NCBI GenBank assembly: GCA_049509455.1
Contig: JBEKZX010000028.1
Location: forward strand, 1-20,499
Source of the DNA: Conexivisphaerales archaeon
GTDB lineage: Archaea > Thermoproteota > Nitrososphaeria > Conexivisphaerales > DTJL01
Direction of reading: 5' to 3'
Length of the DNA: 20,499 bases
Shown here: positions 8,485-15,597 of the stretch, one piece after another
Numbering within the stretch: position 1 is the first letter of the stretch
Layout: every line of letters begins with the position of its first letter
Notes under the pieces: generated by a model
Database searches by the model: none
The model's input: only the letters and a program-made list of their open reading frames with translations
Told to the model about the DNA's origin: nothing
Program-made: the position numbers and the translations under genes

Positions 8485-9072
8485 ATGGTCATGGATAGTG
8501 AGCACATTAAGAAAAGAGCCTTTGAACCCTTGAAGCCGAGAAAGATATCCCCTCTAGACCACCTGCGAAGTCAGAGGGCTTGGAACTTGGAAAGACTAGG
8601 TAAGGCCTTCCTTCGTCCCAAGGGGAAGAGGTCCTTTGATTTCATAACCGTAGGAACAAGTAGCAAGAGACCCGAGGAACTCCTGGAACTTCTCAAATTG
8701 CCCATTTTCTCATGTGACTATTTGGTTGACATCCGAAACAATCCCAACAGCATGCACACACCATATTGGAACAAGAACAATATTTCTAAACTCTGCGAGG
8801 CCAAAGGAATCTGCTACATTCACAAGCCGAACCTTGGCGTGCCAAGCAGCATTCGCAAACTCCTATTCTCAGGGCAGATGAATTATGAACAGTTCTTTTC
8901 ATGGTATGACGAGAGCGTTCTCACGCAAGAGAATATGCAGCAAGTAGTCGACCTAGTAAGAACCAGCAATGTCTCTTTCATGTGCACAGAATTGGGTCCG
9001 ACTTATTGCCATCGACATCGAGTCGCGCTTAGACTTGAGAAAAGTTTTGGATACATTAGTTACGATTTGTAG
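8485..9072 (+). CDS. DUF488 family protein
   Basis: FITVGTS, LVDIRNNPNS, YIHKPNLG and MCTELGPTYCHR match the DUF488 pattern (T.G.S ... LVDVR..P.S ... LG ... C.E.....CHR). About 43% GC on a spot count. Confidence 0.8.
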   Translation: MVMDSEHIKKRAFEPLKPRKISPLDHLRSQRAWNLERLGKAFLRPKGKRSFDFITVGTSSKRPEELLELLKLPIFSCDYLVDIRNNPNSMHTPYWNKNNISKLCEAKGICYIHKPNLGVPSSIRKLLFSGQMNYEQFFSWYDESVLTQENMQQVVDLVRTSNVSFMCTELGPTYCHRHRVALRLEKSFGYISYDL

Positions 9073-9187
9073 TAGGCCAGCCTGACCCGTGATAACAAAC
9101 AGGAGTTCTAATTGCCGTCTGGAATCTAGTTGAGCCGACTTCAATGACTAACCCAGACAAATGCTAATCCCACCGCGCCCACGCTTT

Positions 9188-9268
9188 GCCTTGTTCCACT
9201 TCAGTCAACCCATTGTTTTCAATAACACATAGTAGAGTGAACGGCCCATTCACAAGTCCAAGCCTGCG
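9188..9268 (+). repeat. Dispersed repeat copy: module A followed by module B
   Basis: 9200-9227 matches 7450-7477 at 24/28. 9243-9268 matches 7335-7360 at 21/26. Confidence 0.85.
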
Positions 9269-9316
9269 TTTCCCAGAGTATGAATCAAAAGAGAGTGCGA
9301 CCAACTTGCACTTGGC

Positions 9317-9614
9317 TTGAGACAGGCCTACCTCGCGATTACGGCTGTCGTAGTGGCCTTGCTATTGTTCGCCTTCTTCGTTCCTTTCATTCAAGAGATT
9401 CCCTCGCCTGAGCCATGCAACACCCCAACAGGCTGCACTGAGATAACCTTCTCCGTCTCTTGACATATCATCTATTCAACATCGGTGAGGTTGTCTTCGG
9501 TTCCTCCCATCAGTTCTGGACATCCCCGCCAAACGTGTGTCCGGTAGAGAAGATCAATTCTTCAGTCAAGACGCACCGAGCCATATTCTCATCCTTTCAA
9601 AGTGCTGACGTCCG
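9317..9614 (+). pseudogene. Small membrane-anchored protein with a 1-nt deletion near 9458; true 3' end uncertain
   Basis: From TTG 9317 it reads (M)RQAYLAITAVVVALLLFAFFVPFIQEIPSPEPCNTPTGCTEITFSVS*. Adding one base (GTC TC_ TTG ACA TAT) joins it to LTYHLFNIGEVVFG... of ORF 9460. Confidence 0.55.
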
Positions 9615-9776
9615 TCATGCCTCCTTCCCCCCGCTCGGTTCGATTCCTTCGGCTACGATTAGCGCCCCAAGCGCCAGCAGCAGAAACCCTAAGATTAACC
9701 AGAGGTCGCCGATTGCCAGCACCCCCAACATCGCACTTATGATGGCGAGCCAGTCGAAGAATGCGTGAGGTTTCAT
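9615..9776 (-). CDS. 53-aa hydrophobic (about 2 TM) microprotein
   Basis: MKPHAFFDWLAIISAMLGVLAIGDLWLILGFLLLALGALIVAEGIEPSGGKEA. ATGA overlap with the upstream ORF. Confidence 0.6.
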   Translation of the reverse strand: MKPHAFFDWLAIISAMLGVLAIGDLWLILGFLLLALGALIVAEGIEPSGGKEA

Positions 9777-9862
9777 GCCTTCTTACCCGTCTCCTTCGGG
9801 ACTTCACCATTCCACGAACAGGGCTCCCAGTAACCACACTTCCTGCGGGGACAGAATTTCAT
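9773..9862 (-). CDS. 29-aa Cys-containing micropeptide
   Basis: MKFCPRRKCGYWEPCSWNGEVPKETGKKA. TATAAA lies 27-32 bp upstream (9889-9894), and the stop overlaps the next ATG. Confidence 0.45.
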   Translation of the reverse strand: MKFCPRRKCGYWEPCSWNGEVPKETGKKA

Positions 9863-10032
9863 TCTCACGTCACTCCGAGAGGTTCTTGTTTATACGGTTT
9901 GAGACGCAGGCCGGAGAATGAGGGCTCACCACTGGGCTCCCTCCGGGACGGGCCCCCCCAAGTCGTCTGTTCTGTTTGTGCCCTACCCTCACCCGCTTCA
10001 GGAGATATAAGCGGAAGTCAGAGGAAAGCTTG

Positions 10033-10130
10033 ATGATATTGATTTCTCTTCCGGAATCAATAGATATCCAAAGGTACCCAGGAGAGCGCAATTCCGTTTG
10101 CCTAATCTACAGCTTGGGCGGACGAAGAGA
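10033..10130 (+). repeat. Dispersed repeat copy: 28-bp core (10036-10063) followed by module C
   Basis: ATATTGATTTC-TCTTCC-GGAATCAATAG contains a perfect 8-bp inverted repeat, TATTGATT/AATCAATA. 10071-10124 aligns with 7268-7320. Confidence 0.88.
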
Positions 10131-10315
10131 AATCGGCGAACTCAAAGGCCACAATGGTGCATATCCCATATCTGCCGAAGTGGTCCTTCACAGCCTCGGC
10201 CTTCGGCGGCTTCAACAACCCCGGCCGGCTGACCATTCCAGTCGGAAGCTTCCAGTCGGCATCTTCCTCCTCAGATGCCGGCGCCTCACATCCGGCTCTA
10301 TGCGGTTTCTCCAGT

Positions 10316-10663
10316 TTACTTTTGCCTTGACCTGTAGCTGATCCTGAAAAGGTGGAGCCCATAGAGGGCCGAAGCATAGCCGAGAAGAAGCACTATAAGG
10401 CCGATGATTGTCACTGCGGGGTGCCCGCCTCCCAACGCCACGAGAATGAAGCCAAAGAACTGTATCACGAAGCCCCAGAACAACAGGTCCAATCCGTCCC
10501 CTGAGAGGATGGATGGCAGGGCCGAGGCAGGTGCCTGTTGAACCATGACCGGCGGAGCCGGGGGAACGGCTGCCCCTCCAGCCATGACCGTGCCTTGACC
10601 GCATTGACGGCAGAACGCGGCGCCCGGATCAAGCGGGCTTCCGCATTTCGAGCAGTAAGTCAA
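10316..10663 (-). CDS. Zinc-ribbon (CxxC...CxxC) membrane protein
   Basis: (M)TYCSKCGSPLDPGAAFCRQCG, a Pro-rich linker, then two TM helices. TTG start 10663 chosen for the upstream AGGAG and a TTAAAT box about 30-37 bp upstream. Confidence 0.85.
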   Translation of the reverse strand: MTYCSKCGSPLDPGAAFCRQCGQGTVMAGGAAVPPAPPVMVQQAPASALPSILSGDGLDLLFWGFVIQFFGFILVALGGGHPAVTIIGLIVLLLGYASALYGLHLFRISYRSRQK

Positions 10664-10831
10664 TTGCGCTCCTACAACTGTGGGCTTCATCCGAATTTAA
10701 GTTTTGCAACAAGCTTCTCTATACGAAAAGTCAACGCAAGCGTAAGCCGTTTCATACGCTTTGAAGACTGTTCAGGTTGACTATGGTCCCCTCACTTTTC
10801 CTGCGCTTGTATCAAGGAAAGGAAGAGGGAG

Positions 10832-11017
10832 ATGACGAGAGACACCACCGTCACGCTTATGATTGCTGCTCTCTTCTTGTGCTTGTCCGTTCCATGCTTC
10901 TTATCGTTGATCCCGATTCCCGCTGCCTCTGCGGTCTCCTGGCCTTCGACCAGGTGGTCAGGGGAAGGAGCTCCTCAGGGGCGCCTCGAGGCGGTCACCA
11001 CAGAGCACTTCACGAGG
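10832..11017 (+). pseudogene. Possible 5' fragment of a secreted-protein gene (signal peptide only)
   Basis: MTRDTTVTLMIAALFLCLSVPCFLSLIPIPAASAVSW is signal-peptide-like and is preceded by GAGGGAG. The frame then runs antisense into the ABC permease. Confidence 0.3.
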
Positions 11018-11812
11018 TCAGGCGATGAGTCGGCGGGCCTCTCGCCTAAAGAGGTACGTGGAGACGATGAGCATTATGGCATCGAACACGGCCAGGATCA
11101 CGATGTCTACCCCAGCAGTGACCCCTACGCCCGTGTGAAAGCCGGGGTTCATCAAGGCTTGCAGGGCGTCGACAGCGTAGGTCAGAGGATTGTATCTAGT
11201 CAATGCCGAGAGCCAGCCTGGCATCAGGGTAGGCGGGAACAGGGCGCTGCTCAGGAAGACTAGTGGCAGTCCTATCAGGTTGATGACGCTCCAGAACGCG
11301 TCGGAGGTGGTCGCGACTGTGGCGATGATGACGGAGATGGATGCGAAGCCAATGGCGAGCAGCATCGCTACGAGGATGACGGCGATGCCACCAGGAACCC
11401 CGGTCCCCACCCGGACGCCTAGAAGCAGAGCTATGCCTAGGATGATCAAGGCCTGGATGCCGGAGATGAAGGAGATGGCCGTAACCTTCCCTAGGGCCAA
11501 GGAGTAGCGCGCGATGGGCGTGGCAAGCTGCTTCTGAAAATACCCAAAGCGGCGGTCCCAGATCGTGGTCATCCCACCGAAGATGCTCCCGAAGATCACG
11601 ATCATGACGATGACGCCAGGGGCGATGTACTGAAAGTAGCTCCCTTGAAAGCCGACGGATCGCAGGAGACCACTAGTGCCCGAAAAGATCGACCCCACCA
11701 ACACCAGCCACGTAGCCGCCTGTATCAACCTGCTCGCCATCCCGAGCCTTGAGCGGAAGTAGTGTTTCACCTCCCGCCAAGCGATCCAGTAAATCTCCTC
11801 TAGGACGCTCAT
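11018..11812 (-). CDS. ABC-2 type exporter permease (DrrB-like)
   Basis: 264 aa with about 6 TM helices. YFQYIAPG, IWDRRFGYF, LSSALFP and NPLTYAVDALQ. ATGA overlap with the ATPase. Confidence 0.92.
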   Translation of the reverse strand: MSVLEEIYWIAWREVKHYFRSRLGMASRLIQAATWLVLVGSIFSGTSGLLRSVGFQGSYFQYIAPGVIVMIVIFGSIFGGMTTIWDRRFGYFQKQLATPIARYSLALGKVTAISFISGIQALIILGIALLLGVRVGTGVPGGIAVILVAMLLAIGFASISVIIATVATTSDAFWSVINLIGLPLVFLSSALFPPTLMPGWLSALTRYNPLTYAVDALQALMNPGFHTGVGVTAGVDIVILAVFDAIMLIVSTYLFRREARRLIA

Positions 11813-12825
11813 GCCCTGGCCCTCCTAGAACGCTCCATTCCGCGACGCCCCGTCCACGAGTCCCCATGCTCCTCCCGCAGCCCCTTTCCCGTGAGGGCCA
11901 GGAATACGTCGTCTAGGGACGGGCGCTTGGAGGAGATGGAGTCGATCCCCACCCCCAGGCCGCTGGCGAGCCGGAAGATCTCCGGGATGGTATGCTCAGG
12001 GTTCGTCACGCTCACAATCAACTTGGTATCCTGCTGCTGGAGCTGCACGACCGTGGGAAGCCCTCGGAGGCCTTCGCAGAAACGGGAGATCAATTCCGGC
12101 GGGGCTGAACGTACCACGACCTCGATCAGGTCTTTTCCCAAGGACCTCTTGAGGTTCTCGGGGGAGTCGAGGGCCCCTATTTCACCTTGGTCTATGATGG
12201 CCACCCTGTCGCAGAGGGCGTCGGCCTCGTCCAAGTAGTGGGTCGTGAGGAAGATCGTGAGTCCCTTTTGACTCCTCAGCCTTCGGATGTACTCCCAAAT
12301 CGCCGACCTGGTCTGCGGGTCCAGTCCCAAGGTCGGCTCGTCAAGAAATAGGATTTGCGGGCGATGCACCAGGCCCCCAGCTATGTCGAGCCGCCGGCGC
12401 ATCCCGCCGGAGTAATTGGCGACGAGCTTGTCAGCCCATTCGCTCATGTCGACTGTCCGGAGGACCTCATCGATTCTCTCATTCAGGGCTTTGCCCTTGA
12501 GGTGGTGGAGGTGCCCTTCTACCAGGAGGTTCTCTCTTCCGGTGAGGTATTCGTCGACGGCTATGTCCTGGGACACGTACCCTATCGTCTCTCGCACCTT
12601 TCCCGGTTGGTGCACGACATCATAACCGGCCACATGGGCCGTGCCCTCGGAGGGCGTGATTAGGGTAACTAGCATGAGTATCGTAGTTGTCTTCCCAGCT
12701 CCGTTGGGGCCTAGGAAACCGAATATTTCACCATCGTTCACGCTCAGGGAGACATGGTTCACGGCGGTGAAGGAGCCGAATTTCTTCGTCAGCCCGTCCG
12801 TGACGACGGCCGAACCACCGGTCAC
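11809..12825 (-). CDS. ABC exporter ATP-binding protein (DrrA-like, with C-terminal extension)
   Basis: Walker A GPNGAGKTT, signature YSGGMRRR, Walker B ILFLDEPT and H-loop LTTHY. Confidence 0.95.
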   Translation of the reverse strand: MTGGSAVVTDGLTKKFGSFTAVNHVSLSVNDGEIFGFLGPNGAGKTTTILMLVTLITPSEGTAHVAGYDVVHQPGKVRETIGYVSQDIAVDEYLTGRENLLVEGHLHHLKGKALNERIDEVLRTVDMSEWADKLVANYSGGMRRRLDIAGGLVHRPQILFLDEPTLGLDPQTRSAIWEYIRRLRSQKGLTIFLTTHYLDEADALCDRVAIIDQGEIGALDSPENLKRSLGKDLIEVVVRSAPPELISRFCEGLRGLPTVVQLQQQDTKLIVSVTNPEHTIPEIFRLASGLGVGIDSISSKRPSLDDVFLALTGKGLREEHGDSWTGRRGMERSRRARA

Positions 12826-12847
12826 AGCCCTTGGCCAGCCTCCTTGT

Positions 12848-12862
12848 CATATAGGTTTTTCG
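12848..12862 (-). promoter_or_regulatory. BRE/TATA promoter of the ABC operon
   Basis: Minus strand reads CGAAAAA-CC-TATATG, about 23-28 bp upstream of GTG 12825. Confidence 0.55.
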
Positions 12863-13184
12863 AACGCGTTGGGTGGCAGTCATTTTCCCTGCTCCCATTT
12901 CAGGCCGTTCCATATGACTTCCATCCTGCATTTCTTGGCCAGTGAACAGGTGAGGAAGACGCGGTGGTCGTTCTACTCGAAGTTCCAAGCCCCTCCGAGG
13001 CTTCAGTCGGTCCAAGAAGCTGTGAGGACCGAGTCTCAATACCCACGTTCGAGTCGGTATCGGAATCAGACCTGATTCCAGTCCTGGCGCCGGACTCTGC
13101 GATCGCATTTCAGGCACGGTTCGTAGAACCGGGCGATGCCGCTGTCCTTAGGCTGGAACGACCCAGGAGGCGACTTTGACGAGC

Positions 13185-13607
13185 CTATCTCGATCTCTTC
13201 TCTTGTAGGTATCCAAGGTAGGCCGCTCTCGTGAGTGCATCGGCCTTCTGGTTCATTTCTCTTGGAACCCACATGAACTCTAGCAACTTGAAGCTCTCGG
13301 CGAGCTTCTTAGCTTCGAGAGACCTTTCTCTATAAGCTCCCTTCTTGACCTTCCACCTGCCGCTCATCTGGTTCACTAGAAGCTGCGAGTCTGACATCAC
13401 GACCACCTGTTCGGTCGAGTACGAAAGTATCGCCTTCAGTCCCCGGATCAGCGCTTCGTATTCGGCTTCGTTGTTAGATACCGGGTCGCCGACGAACCCG
13501 CTGTCCTGAGCCAGCAGCTCTCCATCCCTATAGACGATGAAGGCATATGTGCCGATGCCGGGATTGCGGGGCTCGGCCAGCCCGTCGGTGAACATCTCAA
13601 TAGTCAT
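13185..13607 (-). CDS. rnhA: Ribonuclease HI (archaeal-type)
   Basis: FTDGLAEPRNPG, SNNEAEYEALIRGL, SDSQLLVNQMSGRWKVK and WVPREMNQKADAL supply the DEDD catalytic residues. Confidence 0.93.
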   Translation of the reverse strand: MTIEMFTDGLAEPRNPGIGTYAFIVYRDGELLAQDSGFVGDPVSNNEAEYEALIRGLKAILSYSTEQVVVMSDSQLLVNQMSGRWKVKKGAYRERSLEAKKLAESFKLLEFMWVPREMNQKADALTRAAYLGYLQEKRSR

Positions 13608-13635
13608 GCCTTGCAGCGAGCATGCTCAGCCCTCA

Positions 13636-14088
13636 CTATAATGCCTTTGTTCTGGAGGTTGACTTAGAGGGTCGCCATATCAGTACGACAGAACCGAAAC
13701 CAGTAACTGCGGAGAGCACTTCGCCTACGGGCACAACATGGACAGAGGATGGGAGGAGAGTGCAGGACGCGGCCTCAAGCAAGGACGCAAGTATGAAAGC
13801 GTCGCCGCCGGCCTTTTTGCCTTGAAGAGCAGGAGACAACCCATAATCAGCAGGGCGAATTCAATCAGGAATGTTATTCCGGTGACAGCGACGTAAGCCG
13901 TAGGCGGCGCACGTTGACCTGCGAGACCGAACGCAACGGAGATGAAGAAGAAGTTGACGCCCCCTCTGCGGCGTCGCCCAAAAGCCAACAAGCGTCCGAA
14001 GGGCAACAATCCCATATGTGGCATAGGCCAACAAGATAGTCAGGCTCCAAGGCACTAACGACGAAGCCATCCCCAACGATGCGAACAG
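13636..14088 (-). pseudogene. Multi-pass membrane protein broken by at least two frameshifts
   Basis: Three hydrophobic segments lie in three successive frames (ORFs 13861-14076, 13725-14024, 13636-13839). The shifts fall in a G5 run (near 13950-13954) and an A5 run (near 13814-13818). The 5' end is also disrupted. Confidence 0.55.
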
Positions 14089-14195
14089 CTTAGGTCAGGG
14101 CTGCATGGGGGGAAGCCATTGAACCAGCAGAGTCGGGTTCTACGGAAGGCGCAGATGCTGGAGCGGCTGTAGCTACTGCCTTATCGTGTCCGCCG

Positions 14196-15179
14196 TCACA
14201 CGTAGTCTTCACGCCGCATGACTCCGATAACCTTCTCACCGGTGAGGAAGCTTCTGACGTTCTCACCTGCGCGGCGGGCGGCGCCCACCAGTACGCTGGG
14301 GACGCTGCCGGAGTTATGGGGAGAGCCCAGCACGTTGGGCAACTCAAGGAACGGATGGTCCATCCTGAATTCGCCTTGGTGGCGCGGTTCGGTCCACCAT
14401 GTATCTATCCCGGCCATGAAGTCCGGGTGGCTCTTCAGGTGATCGTACAGCGCCTCCTCATCGATTATGGAGCCCCGGGCCACGTTGACGAGTATGGCGT
14501 TTGGCTTCATCATCTCGAGTTCTCTTCTTCCAATCAGGCACCTGGTGGCCTTCGTGAGCGGCAGGGAAAGCACTACGACATCGCTGGCCTTCAGGACCTT
14601 CTCGAGATCCCTGAGGGTGCCGATGAAATCGGTGGGCTCATCGCTCCTACCGCTGGTGTTGATGGCGTAGATGCTCATGCCGAACGGGCGCATCAGCCTC
14701 GCCGTCGCACGACCTATGCCTCCGAAGCCGACGATCCCGGCGGTCATCCCGGAAAGCAAGCGGTTAGGGGTAGTCTGGTCGAACTCCCCCTTCATCATTT
14801 TCATATCCTGAGCGACAAGTCGCTTCGCCAAGGCCAAGGTCATCGCCATGACGTGCTCGGCCATGGGCGCGGCGAAGGCGCCGACGTTGCCTGCGATGAT
14901 GGTGTTGGGTCCCAGGGCGGCAAAGGGCATGCTATCGGCCCCGGCGGACACGAGCTGGATGAACTTGACGTTCCCGAGCATGGGAAACTCCTGTGGAAGG
15001 ACTTCCTGAGGGAAGTTCCCTGAAAACAGCGCCGTCGCGCTACGCAGGAACTCCCCACGCTGCTCAGGCAAAGCATCTTGCAAGTAGATTACAGAGGCAA
15101 CGTCTCCCAGAACATAATCGAACAGGGCCCTCGCCTCGGTCGGGGCTCTAAGGGTCACGACGACCTTCCTCTTCTCCAA
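14196..15179 (-). CDS. D-isomer-specific 2-hydroxyacid dehydrogenase
   Basis: SAGAD, MAEHV, Rossmann GIVGFGGIGR, LVNVARGSIIDEEAL, AGIDTWW.EP and SPHNSG. Confidence 0.93.
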   Translation of the reverse strand: MEKRKVVVTLRAPTEARALFDYVLGDVASVIYLQDALPEQRGEFLRSATALFSGNFPQEVLPQEFPMLGNVKFIQLVSAGADSMPFAALGPNTIIAGNVGAFAAPMAEHVMAMTLALAKRLVAQDMKMMKGEFDQTTPNRLLSGMTAGIVGFGGIGRATARLMRPFGMSIYAINTSGRSDEPTDFIGTLRDLEKVLKASDVVVLSLPLTKATRCLIGRRELEMMKPNAILVNVARGSIIDEEALYDHLKSHPDFMAGIDTWWTEPRHQGEFRMDHPFLELPNVLGSPHNSGSVPSVLVGAARRAGENVRSFLTGEKVIGVMRREDYV

Positions 15180-15242
15180 GCTCCTCCTCCTGGATTCGGA
15201 GCCTGGCGTATATTAGGGAAGCCGAATCATTGGCGCTGGAGC

Positions 15243-15410
15243 TCAGAAGCCGGTGAAGCCCGAGTCCATGGACAACCTGCGCTCGGGGGAGTCCAGCCGG
15301 TATTTTGCAGGAAGACCGCCCTTCTTTCTTCCCTTCTTACCGCACCGCCCGCGGGCCTTATGCCTCCTGAGGTCCTTCACGACCTTTCCGCAGACGTCGC
15401 AGACTGGCAT
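15243..15410 (-). CDS. 55-aa basic microprotein, paralogue of 4025-4177
   Basis: MPVCDVCGKVVKDLRRHKARGRCGKKGRKKGGLPAKYRLDSPERRLSMDSGFTGF. Start placed at ATG 15410 by homology and by the GTTAAG box 26-31 bp upstream. Confidence 0.8.
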   Translation of the reverse strand: MPVCDVCGKVVKDLRRHKARGRCGKKGRKKGGLPAKYRLDSPERRLSMDSGFTGF

Positions 15411-15491
15411 CAGAGAAATGTAGTCCATGGTGTGGCTTAACCTTTGCGTGGAGGCGGAACAGGCTACCTATCCCTGCCGTCAGCTACCACT

Positions 15492-15532
15492 TTGAAGATC
15501 TCGTAATCTGGTCCAGCAGCCGACCCAAGACT
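15492..15532 (+). repeat. Possible highly degenerate copy of the repeat core
   Basis: 15492-15520 matches 7375-7403 at 20/29 without gaps, followed by CCCAAGACT as in the 1730s copy. Confidence 0.35.
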
Positions 15533-15597
15533 TGAGGTACTCTATAGGAAGTCTGAGAGAAGTATCATTCAAATAGGACTTAACAGTATTTTCGACT

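Noticed and set aside
1700-10063. Repeat core as a conserved peptide (YLLLLEKESISS-like on the minus strand)
   Set aside because: Differences between copies are largely non-synonymous and the flanking frames are closed or unrelated, so the conservation is at the DNA level.
10255-10305. Second D5-like string on the minus strand (GAGCCGGATGTGAGG...CCGGCATCTGAGGAGG)
   Set aside because: It lacks the GNRA-capped distal stem and the AC bulge, and is too degenerate to call without a covariance model.
10102-10377. ORF 10102-10377 (minus strand)
   Set aside because: It overlaps the zinc-ribbon gene end and the repeat module C, with no motif and no clear promoter.
12870-13272. ORFs 12728-13117 and 13066-13272, and a short VFLTCSLAKKCRMEVIWNGLKWEQGK fragment
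   Set aside because: They overlap real genes or are interrupted by several stops. No family was recognised and no coherent reconstruction was possible; a decayed gene cannot be excluded.
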